Shown one piece after another: positions 52,821-64,000 of a stretch of 64,000 nt of DNA. The stretch's first letter is position 1; each line of letters begins with the position of its first letter. Under the pieces are notes generated by a model, which saw nothing but the letters and a program-made list of their open reading frames with translations, ran no database searches and had not been told where the DNA came from. A program made the position numbers and the translations under genes. Source of the DNA: Nemertoderma westbladi (taxonomy: Eukaryota > Animalia > Xenacoelomorpha); the NCBI GenBank assembly GCA_032718475.1, contig JAUCBJ010008420.1, positions 1-64,000 of the forward strand, in the 5' to 3' direction.

Positions 52821-54165
52821 TTAGTCCATGTAGCTGTAATGGATGACGTAGTAAAAATATCTTCAGCTGCCATCTCAATACAATCAGCATAAATCAGAAT
52901 TTAGTTGAACTATAACTACTGTATAATTTAAATTTTTTGATTATCTATTTTTTCACAATTTTGGGAAATATATATTCCTTCCAGAAGCTACGACTACTTT
53001 TCAGTAAACTTTGCATGTATATGGAATCATATGATACTTCAACTATTTTCACTTCGCCATTTATTTCAAAAGATGGATCTGCGATGCTAAACAAGGCCCA
53101 TTGTTTATTGCAAAGATGCATTTGAAGTTGGATTTGTGACATGAATTTAGCGCTTACGATATTCGATTGTGTAAGATAAGATTTTTGAATGGCATGTTTT
53201 GATGTTGGACATTTTACTTCTACCACATGCGTTGGTGTAATGGCATCTGAAATGGCATCAAAAAATAAGATTTTGTGGTATTTTATAAAAACACTAGCTA
53301 CAATATTAAAACAGTACATACCATTGAAAACACTAGCTACCACAAACATTTGTTTTTATTTTCTTTAAAACATTTTTTTTTTCACATGTAACTAGCCAAA
53401 ATATATCAAGAACATAAATCAATAGCCCAAAACATTATGTTTTGGTATTTTTTGGTATTTTGATATTTTTGGATGTCAAACCAAAAACAGCTATTATGAA
53501 AGGCAGAATAATGGTGACACGTGCAACACTAGTACCAGTAACACTTTACAGTGAACTGTACAAAAATCGAAATAATTTCCATCTAGTGCTAAATCTACCC
53601 ATCCATTGTTCGCTGTAAAAACAATTAAAAAATAGATTAATGAAACGCCTGGCAGTATTTAGCTAGCTATATTTGTTTTTAGCTACAGCTCTACGGTACT
53701 GGTATGGGCGAAATAAATATTATTCTAGAATAATTAACTTGATATGAATAATTTGCCTCCATACCGTTATCCTATAATCGATTCTTAACACAACACAAAT
53801 ACACATCCAAATAAATACATAGCTACATTTATTATTTGTTTTATTTTAGATACTGCAATATTATACTTTATATTAGCCAATCAACTGCGCTTGACAACTG
53901 TTGCTGTGTTATGGCTGACGTCACTCGTGCAGTTTTCTGAAACGGCCTGATTTTTCGATGTTGCTAATTTTGCGTTTTAAAATTGCTATAACTCGGCAAA
54001 TATTAATTTTTTTGAAGTAAAATTGCTCTCTGGGGTTTTTTCACATGCTCTTTCACATGAAACCAAAGAAAACTCGAAAAAAAATTTCCGAGTCGTCTAC
54101 CCCATTGTATGCATAAATGTTAATAGCAGTAAGTTTTTATTATTTTCCTTTACTTATATTTGCAG

Positions 54166-54255
54166 ATAAAAAATCTTCGAAACACGTCTGTAAGTTCTGT
54201 GGTCGAGGTTGTGCGAAACCAAGTGTTCTCGAAAAGCACATCCGTAGTCACACAG
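54166..54255 (+). CDS. shn: Schnurri/HIVEP-like ZAS transcription factor, exon with C2H2 finger 1
   Basis: tttgcag|...[26 protein letters not shown]|gttggt. [22 protein letters not shown] is the hallmark N-terminal finger pair of HIVEP/Schnurri proteins. Confidence 0.88.
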
Positions 54256-54740
54256 GTTGGTTGCTATGTATTAGAGTGAATGATGGATGGATGGATGGGC
54301 ACGGATGGGTTGGTGTACGTAGTACTGAAGAGCGAGTCAAGCAGTACTTCCAATGGGTAGCACTATAAGGCTGTTAAATGTTTGACTCATGAATATATAC
54401 AAACTATTAGGAATTATATTTATTTATTTATAAAGCACGTTATAAGTAAATAAACCTTACCGGTAGGTGTGTTGTGTTAGTACCAAAGTATGTAAAAAAC
54501 TAAAAAGACCTAGACGTTGCATGCAATCAGTGATCAGCTGACAGCAGCCAGCTGATCGGCAGGTTTCGCCCCGCAGCTGAAGGCATTCTCGGGAGGCCAA
54601 GCCAGGAAATGTAGAGAGAAATTCACAACATAGTACATAATAAATATTCACAATATAATACATAATAAATATAATTCACATTTCACAATATTATACAAAC
54701 ATGTAAAATTAAATTCTGTCATTCGTTCTCTGTTATTCAG

Positions 54741-57700
54741 GAGAACGTCCTTACCCTTGCCTTCCTTGCGGGCTTTCATTGTTCTGTTTTTCAGGAGAAC
54801 GTCCTTACCCTTGCGTTCCTTGCGGACTTTCATTGTTCTGTTTTTCAGGAGAACGTCCTTACCCTTGCGTTCCTTGCGGGCTTTCATTGTTCTGTTTTTC
54901 AGGAGAACGTCCTTACCCTTGCCTTCCTTGCGGACTTTCATTGTTCTGTTTTTCAGGAGAACGTCCTTACCCTTGCCTTCCTTGCGGGCTTTCATTGTTC
55001 TGTTTTTCAGGAGAACGTCCTTACCCTTGCCTTCCTTGCGGGCTTTCATTGTTCTGTTTTTCAGGAGAACGTCCTTACCCTTGCCTTCCTTGCGGACTTT
55101 CATTGTTCTGTTATTCAGGAGAACGTCCTTACCCTTGCCTTCCTTGCGGGCTTTCATTGTTCTGTTTTTCAGGAGAACGTCCTTACCCTTGCCTTCCTTG
55201 CGGGCTTTCATTGTTCTGTTTTTCAGGAGAACGTCCTTACCCTTGCCTTCCTTGCGGGCTTTCATTGTTCTGTTTTTCAGGAGAACGTCCTTACCCTTGC
55301 CTTCCTTGCGGGCTTTCATTGTTCTGTTTTTCAGGAGAACGTCCTTACCCTTGCGTTCCTTGCGGGCTTTCATTGTTCTGTTTTTCAGGAGAACGTCCTT
55401 ACCCTTGCCTTCCTTGCGGGCTTTCATTGTTCTGTTTTTCAGGAGAACGTCCTTACCCTTGCCTTCCTTGCGGGCTTTCATTGTTCTGTTTTTCAGGAGA
55501 ACGTCCTTACCCTTGCCTTCCTTGCGGGCTTTCATTGTTCTGTTTTTCAGGAGAACGTCCTTACCCTTGCCTTCCTTGCGGACTTTCATTGTTCTGTTAT
55601 TCAGGAGAACGTCCTTACCCTTGCCTTCCTTGCGGGCTTTCATTGTTCTGTTTTTCAGGAGAACGTCCTTACCCTTGCCTTCCTTGCGGGCTTTCATTGT
55701 TCTGTTTTTCAGGAGAACGTCCTTACCCTTGCCTTCCTTGCGGACTTTCATTGTTCTGTTATTCAGGAGAACGTCCTTACCCTTGCCTTCCTTGCGGGCT
55801 TTCATTGTTCTGTTTTTCAGGAGAACGTCCTTACCCTTGCCTTCCTTGCGGGCTTTCATTGTTCTGTTTTTCAGGAGAACGTCCTTACCCTTGCCTTCCT
55901 TGCGGACTTTCATTGTTCTGTTTTTCAGGAGAACGTCCTTACCCTTGCCTTCCTTGCGGGCTTTCATTGTTCTGTTTTTCAGGAGAACGTCCTTACCCTT
56001 GCCTTCCTTGCGGGCTTTCATTGTTCTGTTTTTCAGGAGAACGTCCTTACCCTTGCCTTCCTTGCGGACTTTCATTGTTCTGTTTTTCAGGAGAACGTCC
56101 TTACCCTTGCCTTCCTTGCGGGCTTTCATTGTTCTGTTTTTCAGGAGAACGTCCTTACCCTTGCCTTCCTTGCGGACTTTCATTGTTCTGTTTTTCAGGA
56201 GAACGTCCTTACCCTTGCCTTCCTTGCGGACTTTCATTGTTCTGTTATTCAGGAGAACGTCCTTACCCTTGCCTTCCTTGCGGACTTTCATTGTTCTGTT
56301 TTTCAGGAGAACGTCCTTACCCTTGCCTTCCTTGCGGGCTTTCATTGTTCTGTTTTTCAGGAGAACGTCCTTACCCTTGCCTTCCTTGCGGACTTTCATT
56401 GTTCTGTTATTCAGGAGAACGTCCTTACCCTTGCCTTCCTTGCGGACTTTCATTGTTCTGTTTTTCAGGAGAACGTCCTTACCCTTGCGTTCCTTGCGGG
56501 CTTTCATTGTTCTGTTTTTCAGGAGAACGTCCTTACCCTTGCCTTCCTTGCGGACTTTCATTGTTCTGTTTTTCAGGAGAACGTCCTTACCCTTGCCTTC
56601 CTTGCGGACTTTCATTGTTCTGTTTTTCAGGAGAACGTCCTTACCCTTGCCTTCCTTGCGGGCTTTCATTGTTCTGTTTTTCAGGAGAACGTCCTTACCC
56701 TTGCCTTCCTTGCGGGCTTTCATTGTTCTGTTTTTCAGGAGAACGTCCTTACCCTTGCCTTCCTTGCGGGCTTTCATTGTTCTGTTTTTCAGGAGAACGT
56801 CCTTACCCTTGCGTTCCTTGCGGGCTTTCATTGTTCTGTTTTTCAGGAGAACGTCCTTACCCTTGCCTTCCTTGCGGACTTTCATTGTTCTGTTTTTCAG
56901 GAGAACGTCCTTACCCTTGCCTTCCTTGCGGACTTTCATTGTTCTGTTTTTCAGGAGAACGTCCTTACCCTTGCCTTCCTTGCGGGCTTTCATTGTTCTG
57001 TTTTTCAGGAGAACGTCCTTACCCTTGCCTTCCTTGCGGGCTTTCATTGTTCTGTTTTTCAGGAGAACGTCCTTACCCTTGCGTTCCTTGCGGACTTTCA
57101 TTGTTCTGTTTTTCAGGAGAACGTCCTTACCCTTGCGTTCCTTGCGGGCTTTCATTGTTCTGTTTTTCAGGAGAACGTCCTTACCCTTGCGTTCCTTGCG
57201 GACTTTCATTGTTCTGTTTTTCAGGAGAACGTCCTTACCCTTGCGTTCCTTGCGGACTTTCATTGTTCTGTTTTTCAGGAGAACGTCCTTACCCTTGCGT
57301 TCCTTGCGGGCTTTCATTGTTCTGTTTTTCAGGAGAACGTCCTTACCCTTGCCTTCCTTGCGGACTTTCATTGTTCTGTTTTTCAGGAGAACGTCCTTAC
57401 CCTTGCCTTCCTTGCGGACTTTCATTGTTCTGTTTTTCAGGAGAACGTCCTTACCCTTGCCTTCCTTGCGGGCTTTCATTGTTCTGTTTTTCAGGAGAAC
57501 GTCCTTACCCTTGCCTTCCTTGCGGGCTTTCATTGTTCTGTTTTTCAGGAGAACGTCCTTACCCTTGCCTTCCTTGCGGGCTTTCATTGTTCTGTTTTTC
57601 AGGAGAACGTCCTTACCCTTGCGTTCCTTGCGGGCTTTCATTGTTCTGTTTTTCAGGAGAACGTCCTTACCCTTGCCTTCCTTGCGGACTTTCATTGTTC

Positions 57701-59654
57701 TGTTTTTCAGGAGAACGTCCTTACCCTTGCCTTCCTTGCGGACTTTCATTGTTCTGTTTTTCAGGAGAACGTCCTTACCCTTGCCTTCCTTGCGGGCTTT
57801 CATTGTTCTGTTTTTCAGGAGAACGTCCTTACCCTTGCCTTCCTTGCGGGCTTTCATTGTTCTGTTTTTCAGGAGAACGTCCTTACCCTTGCGTTCCTTG
57901 CGGACTTTCATTGTTCTGTTTTTCAGGAGAACGTCCTTACCCTTGCCTTCCTTGCGGGCTTTCATTGTTCTGTTTTTCAGGAGAACGTCCTTACCCTTGC
58001 CTTCCTTGCGGGCTTTCATTGTTCTGTTTTTCAGGAGAACGTCCTTACCCTTGCCTTCCTTGCGGGCTTTCATTGTTCTGTTTTTCAGGAGAACGTCCTT
58101 ACCCTTGCCTTCCTTGCGGGCTTTCATTGTTCTGTTTTTCAGGAGAACGTCCTTACCCTTGCGTTCCTTGCGGACTTTCATTGTTCTGTTTTTCAGGAGA
58201 ACGTCCTTACCCTTGCCTTCCTTGCGGGCTTTCATTGTTCTGTTTTTCAGGAGAACGTCCTTACCCTTGCCTTCCTTGCGGACTTTCATTGTTCTGTTTT
58301 TCAGGAGAACGTCCTTACCCTTGCCTTCCTTGCGGACTTTCATTGTTCTGTTTTTCAGGAGAACGTCCTTACCCTTGCGTTCCTTGCGGACTTTCATTGT
58401 TCTGTTTTTCAGGAGAACGTCCTTACCCTTGCCTTCCTTGCGGGCTTTCATTGTTCTGTTTTTCAGGAGAACGTCCTTACCCTTGCCTTCCTTGCGGGCT
58501 TTCATTGTTCTGTTTTTCAGGAGAACGTCCTTACCCTTGCCTTCCTTGCGGGCTTTCATTGTTCTGTTTTTCAGGAGAACGTCCTTACCCTTGCGTTCCT
58601 TGCGGGCTTTCATTGTTCTGTTTTTCAGGAGAACGTCCTTACCCTTGCCTTCCTTGCGGGCTTTCATTGTTCTGTTTTTCAGGAGAACGTCCTTACCCTT
58701 GCGTTCCTTGCGGACTTTCATTGTTCTGTTTTTCAGGAGAACGTCCTTACCCTTGCCTTCCTTGCGGGCTTTCATTGTTCTGTTTTTCAGGAGAACGTCC
58801 TTACCCTTGCGTTCCTTGCGGGCTTTCATTGTTCTGTTTTTCAGGAGAACGTCCTTACCCTTGCCTTCCTTGCGGGCTTTCATTGTTCTGTTTTTCAGGA
58901 GAACGTCCTTACCCTTGCGTTCCTTGCGGACTTTCATTGTTCTGTTTTTCAGGAGAACGTCCTTACCCTTGCCTTCCTTGCGGGCTTTCATTGTTCTGTT
59001 TTTCAGGAGAACGTCCTTACCCTTGCGTTCCTTGCGGGCTTTCATTGTTCTGTTTTTCAGGAGAACGTCCTTACCCTTGCCTTCCTTGCGGGCTTTCATT
59101 GTTCTGTTTTTCAGGAGAACGTCCTTACCCTTGCGTTCCTTGCGGGCTTTCATTGTTCTGTTTTTCAGGAGAACGTCCTTACCCTTGCCTTCCTTGCGGG
59201 CTTTCATTGTTCTGTTTTTCAGGAGAACGTCCTTACCCTTGCGTTCCTTGCGGGCTTTCATTGTTCTGTTTTTCAGGAGAACGTCCTTACCCTTGCCTTC
59301 CTTGCGGGCTTTCATTGTTCTGTTTTTCAGGAGAACGTCCTTACCCTTGCGTTCCTTGCGGACTTTCATTGTTCTGTTTTTCAGGAGAACGTCCTTACCC
59401 TTGCCTTCCTTGCGGGCTTTCATTGTTCTGTTTTTCAGGAGAACGTCCTTACCCTTGCGTTCCTTGCGGACTTTCATTGTTCTGTTTTTCAGGAGAACGT
59501 CCTTACCCTTGCGTTCCTTGCGGGCTTTCATTGTGCTGTTTTTCAGGAGAACGTCCTTACCCTTGCCTTCCTTGCGGGCTTTCATTGTTCTGTTTTTCAG
59601 GAGAACGTCCTTACCCTTGCGTTCCTTGCGGACTTTCATTGTTCTGTTTTTCAG
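54741..59654 (+). repeat. 91 x 54-bp tandem array of the exon start plus 3' splice acceptor
   Basis: Unit GAGAACGTCCTTACCCTTGC(C/G)TTCCTTGCGG(G/A)CTTTCATTGTTCTGTT(T/A)TTCAG. The first exon start is 54741 and the last is 59655; the difference is 4914 = 91 x 54. It encodes GERPYPC[LV]PCGLSLFC[FY]S. Confidence 0.97.
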
Positions 59655-59815
59655 GAGAACGTCCTTACCCTTGCCTTCCTTGCGGACTTTCATTTAAGAC
59701 GAAATCCAACCTTTATAAACACGAGAAGAGCCACGCACACGCTGGTAAGATGGTAGATGATGACGAGGATATTAGTGCTAGCGCTACAGAGAGTGGAGAT
59801 GAGCCCGTTTTACCA
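59655..59815 (+). CDS. shn: Schnurri/HIVEP-like exon with C2H2 finger 2
   Basis: (G)[38 protein letters not shown]...VLP|gttagt (phase 0). An alternative donor CTG|GTAAGA follows 59744. Confidence 0.85.
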
Positions 59816-60309
59816 GTTAGTATCGACCTCACAGAGAATTATTTAAATTAATTACTCTATGTATTTTATGGTAAAATTCACTAAATTTGGAAATGTAATG
59901 GAAATATGGACATGAGATTTGAGAAACAAACGTCAATATATAGCAATACATCATGTAAATGGTACCCATTGCAATGACGTTGAGCTCACCAAAGTGGCTC
60001 GCCTCGCACTCATATATACGTCGAGAGTCCTCTAATGGCAGAATGATGAATTTGGATATTTTTATGACTCTGCCAGTTTTTGGCAATCATGGTGATTAAT
60101 TCATGTTGTCATAGTTACACTGACTGCCAGGAGGAACATTATAGCTGCGCACCAACGTCTGTTTGTGGGTCTAATTTTCGCAAAGCCATTCGCTTTTTCT
60201 TTTTTTTGTTGGAATGTGTTAAATTTCAAGTAAAACTTTTGGTACCATTGGAATCGCCTTTCCATCTCTACAGTGATGGTGTAACCTGTACCTAACTAAA
60301 TACTAAGCT

Positions 60310-60610
60310 AATACGAGGGTAGTGGTAGTGAAGATGCGACAGGGATCGATAGTGGAGGAAAAAAGGGATTGCGGGAGTGGAAAAGGGATTAGGGGGTGAG
60401 ACTTGGAAGAGTGCGGTGGAAGGAGTTGAGAAGGGGGTAGTTGGAGTGAAAAGGGGGTAAAGGGTGTGAGAGTGAATAAGGGATGGGGGTGGGGGTGGTG
60501 TGGTCGTAGGCGTGAAGAAGGGGATATAGTTGGAGTGAAAAAGAGGTTTAGTGGGAGTAAAGTACATTAGGGGATGAAGATGGTTGCAATGGGAGTGAAT
60601 AAGGGATAGA
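60310..60610. repeat. Degenerate purine-rich repeat (ggagtgaaaagggg-like)
   Basis: Recurrent ggagtg(a/g)a and G/A runs. Confidence 0.6.
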
Positions 60611-61213
60611 CCGAAGAAAGAGATCCACTGCCCTCATGAGGAAGCTTAGTAGGTAGAATAAATACTGTAATAATTAACTTATCTGCATTACCTCAATTTG
60701 TCCACCAAATGTCCACTGCGAAATGCATTTACAGTAGGGAACATTTTGAGGAGAATCAACCTACAGTTTGTTGCTGATTCACCTTTTCTCCCGTGGTGGA
60801 GAGGATGCTCTTGTGTTTGCATCAGGTACCTGCAGCAGCTGTACCAGGCGTCTGCATAGCGTCTGCTTAGCGTCTACACCCTTAACCTTAACCAGTGTCA
60901 TTTCAGAAAGCTAATTTACAGTGCATTCTTATCATTATTATCGTCTCCATTCAACTGTATATCGCTTATGGATTTTACCCAAACTGCGGTTTTTGTCAAT
61001 ATTTTTTTACCTTAGGACTTCATTCATCTCATCTGGCTGGAAAAATATCACCATTGAATTCCACAATGAACATATGCGCCATGGTGGTATGATTTTCAGA
61101 TCTTGGGGATGGAATATTGCTCTTATTTACGTCATTCGTACAGAGTTCCATCACAGCGCTGCGTTTCATTTGCGGCTCAAAGTAAACCTTTGATTTTTAT
61201 TTGTGTTTTTCAG

Positions 61214-61373
61214 GAACCCAGTATTTATTACTCGGACGATGTAAGTTTCCCCAAGACGCAGACATCCACACCGATCGCATTAACAAGCACACCACGACTT
61301 CGGGAAGCTCTCGGCTCTCATTCCAACTCTATGTACATTCCCACTTCGACTCTGTCTACAACCATTGCACTGG
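61214..61373 (+). CDS. shn: Probable next Schnurri-like exon (Ser/Thr/Pro-rich)
   Basis: gtgtttttcag|EPSIYYSDDVSFPKTQTSTPIALTSTPRLREALGSHSNSMYIPTSTLSTTIAL G|gttagt. Phase 0 matches the 59815 donor. There is an internal strong donor GAT|GTAAGT at 61241. Confidence 0.55.
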
Positions 61374-64000
61374 GTTAGTTGAACGTTTTATTTCAAAAGA
61401 ATATGAAGTTAATTTAATATGCGATTTCCTCGAAATCGTTTCGTCAACGTGTCTATCTATTATCCACGTGTATCTTAGTTTAAGTCACGAGGTCGTATTG
61501 TTATCATTTCATATCGCACCAAATCATACCATAGACGAATACCATTTGATTAAAGTCCACTTTCCAATCCATTCCATTCATATAAATAATATCTTTGTAT
61601 GCCCTGCGTTGGCGAGATTTTTTTAATCGCGAATTACACGGGACTTTAGTTCCAAAGTCCCCCCCCCCCCCCCCCCCCCACCCCCCATACCAGAATATGT
61701 CCGGTATGCACAGCTTAGTTAGTTATTGTTGGTTATTATTATGGAATGCGTGTGTAATCTGGTTGGTTCTTTGTAGGTTGTGTCTACTTCCACTTTAGCC
61801 CCATGTTATTGTTTTTCCACTTATTTCTTATCTTTGTCGTGACCTTTTGATATCGCATTCCTGCCCTCATATACAATGACAATAATACAGACATGCGCAA
61901 TCTATGTATTCGCTATAAATTATAATGACACTGCTCATCAATCAATATTTGACCAACATAGTTTAACAACTGAACTGAACGTAGGATGTTAAATAATAAT
62001 AAATAATAAATAATAGCCGCTTAAGTTATTTTACTTTAGTTTATCCTTTGCCTATAATGTTACAGCTCTATAGATATTTGATTCAATTTATTGTAGTATT
62101 TTATTTTATTATTCTATTAAATAATATTTCCAAGCAACGATTTGTTTACAAGTAGAGTGAGTATTGTTTAGTGTAGATTTACTAAATGAGTTTCTTTATC
62201 CTCTGATTTTATTTCATATTTAATCTGCTGAAGTTATGAACTTTCAAGGTTTTCCTAAAATAGCTGTTATTGTCATGAAACGAGGCAAATTATTTTAGCC
62301 GTATTATTTGAGATCAAAAGTTTATACTGTATTTGTTGTTGTTGGCTTTTTATCTGATTGGTATTTATTTATCCGAAGTGACTTTTCTTTACACTATGTC
62401 AGGGTAATCACACAATTTCAGTTCAACCAATCAAACTCCTCACTACCAATCACTTATGACACGCCCCACTCTTACTTCCTGCTCTACCATTCCCTATCAA
62501 CCAATCACCTTCATCCATTTCTAGCTATTAGGCAGCAGTCTCGCTGATAGTGAATACTATTGTACAACTTACAATGGGAGTCGTAGGCCATTCTCAGACT
62601 ACGCATTACTAATATGGCAACAGGTAGCAATGTAGTTATGGATGTTGTAAACCTATCGAATCATCTTTGTTCTGATACACACACACACACACACCTACAC
62701 ACGCATCCATCCATATCCATTGCTATTAATTCGCGAAGTGATCAAGTAATCCGCACCTAACCTAACCTGACGTTAACAATTTATCCTTACGTTTTGAACC
62801 CGTCCGTATACCACTCAATAATCTCAAATGCTTGTTTTCCTTTCCTTTTACGCGTTCCATATCGTAATGAATTGGATCAAAATAATCAGCCAGTCGTTGT
62901 TTTTATATAATAATAAAAATTAATTGGACGCCAGTTGTTTGTCGTTTTATCGCGTATAATAGCGGGCGTGTATTTAGTTATTATCTGGCTTTCAAAGGCG
63001 TTTCCTTATTGTTTCATAATGTTGTTTTGGCACAATCGTGGTCTCCCATTTAAAATATAATTAAGTATTTGTTTTCTCCCGCTTCTTAAAGCTAGCCAAT
63101 AACTCTTTATCATCAGAAGATTGGCTTTTCCTGAACTCCCTGAGGTAACGCTGCAGTTGTGACAGCCAATACCTTAAACATTGCTTAAACATTGTTAACA
63201 TTTACCTGTTCGTTATCTGGTCATAGAATATAGGCCATTTTTTGTGGCCTACTCCAAACCCCACATAATATGGAATGCATTGTTGTTACTAGCCCGCTAA
63301 GTTGCCGTGAAAGACACGGCACTTAATTAAATTCGCCGTAGCATCCACGGCACTCGGCACTAAACTTTGCGACATATTTCTGAAAACGAAATCTGAAAGC
63401 CAGATTTCTTTCAATCTCTCTTTGCAAGATCTCTTTCAATTTTCTAGATATGGCTCTCCGTCCGTTAGAGTGTCGTTATGTCCGTCGTTTTGTCCCCAAA
63501 TCAATAGAAAGCATACTATACTATATACTATTTCCCATATGGGTTTTCTTGGTCGGGTGACTTTATTTCCGAAGTCCGTATTCAAATTTGGTGTTCTTGT
63601 GTTTGTCTGGTACGCCTGTCAGTCTGTCCGTCAAAATATAACCGACAGCCATACATGCAGTTTGGAAGCTATGAAATGTGAAATCTGACATTCGAGATGA
63701 AATCACTGACTAGGAAGACCTCCACAGCCAAAATCTTATAGGGTTTTGTGCTTTCTTGTTGCTAGATATACATTGACAGACTTTTTGAATGCAATGGTCT
63801 CTGAATTCCATTTTTTTTACTGCTCCGCCATTCTTCAAACAATTTGTAAGTTTTTGGTATCAACTCAAAGCTATTCGTGTGCGCCATAATACAATTGGAT
63901 AATTTTTTAGTTTTGCAATAATTGTTCATCTGTTGTTATAATATGTTTTACGAAAAAAAAATAGCTCTTTTGACGATTTGAAAATTATTTTGAAAAATGT

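Larger units (their letters stand above)
49105..54103 (-). mobile_element. ISL2EU-like DNA transposon with ~190-bp TIRs and a YqaJ exonuclease remnant
   Basis: AT|GGGGTAGACGACTCGGAAATTT ... AAATTTCCGAGTCGTCTACCCC|AT. Minus-strand remnant at 52945-53265: DAITPTHVVEVKCP...SQIQLQMHLC...FWKEYIFP (YqaJ/lambda-exonuclease family). Confidence 0.8.

Noticed and set aside
54741-59654. Array as CRISPR, as micro-exon series, or as recursive-splicing sites
   Set aside because: No unique spacers, no credible GT donor inside the unit, and the junction is AG|GA rather than AG|GT.
54648-59693. 1681-aa Lys/Arg-rich antisense ORF and 1646-aa alternative-frame ORF
   Set aside because: Passive consequence of a stop-free 54-bp unit. 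Only the GERPYPC frame connects to recognisable flanking exons.
60847-60875. GGCGTC/GTCT cluster as a Mad/Medea/Schnurri silencer element (autoregulation)
   Set aside because: Spacing is 8 nt, not the required GRCGNC-N5-GTCT. It looks like a small 11-bp tandem repeat.
62403-62623. Further Schnurri exon
   Set aside because: All frames from the candidate acceptors hit stops before the candidate donor.

Overview
AT-rich animal (probably invertebrate) genomic window dominated by nested transposable-element debris: Bel/Pao LTR gag, two Sola-like transposase relics, several CRE, RTE and CR1/L2-type LINE pieces, and Tc1/mariner, Harbinger, Kolobok, piggyBac, ISL2EU and Academ DNA elements and MITEs. 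Two intron-containing host genes can be reconstructed by hand. One is a class A (rhodopsin-like) GPCR on the minus strand (five exons, TM3-TM7, 30.9-39.8 kb). The other is a Schnurri/HIVEP-type ZAS zinc-finger transcription factor on the plus strand (from 54.2 kb). The standout is inside the Schnurri-like gene: the splice acceptor plus first codons of the zinc-finger-2 exon are amplified into 91 tandem 54-bp, frame-preserving, stop-free units, giving 92 near-identical acceptors. Acceptor choice could insert 0-91 Cys-rich 18-aa modules between the two DNA-binding fingers. Other notable items are two 42-43 bp CATG-ended hairpins with 7-bp TSDs that resemble P-element excision footprints, inverted RTE ends bracketing the symmetric GPCR TM6 exon, and a three-level TE nest ending 62 bp from a host exon. 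Family assignments come from motif recognition by eye, not database searches.
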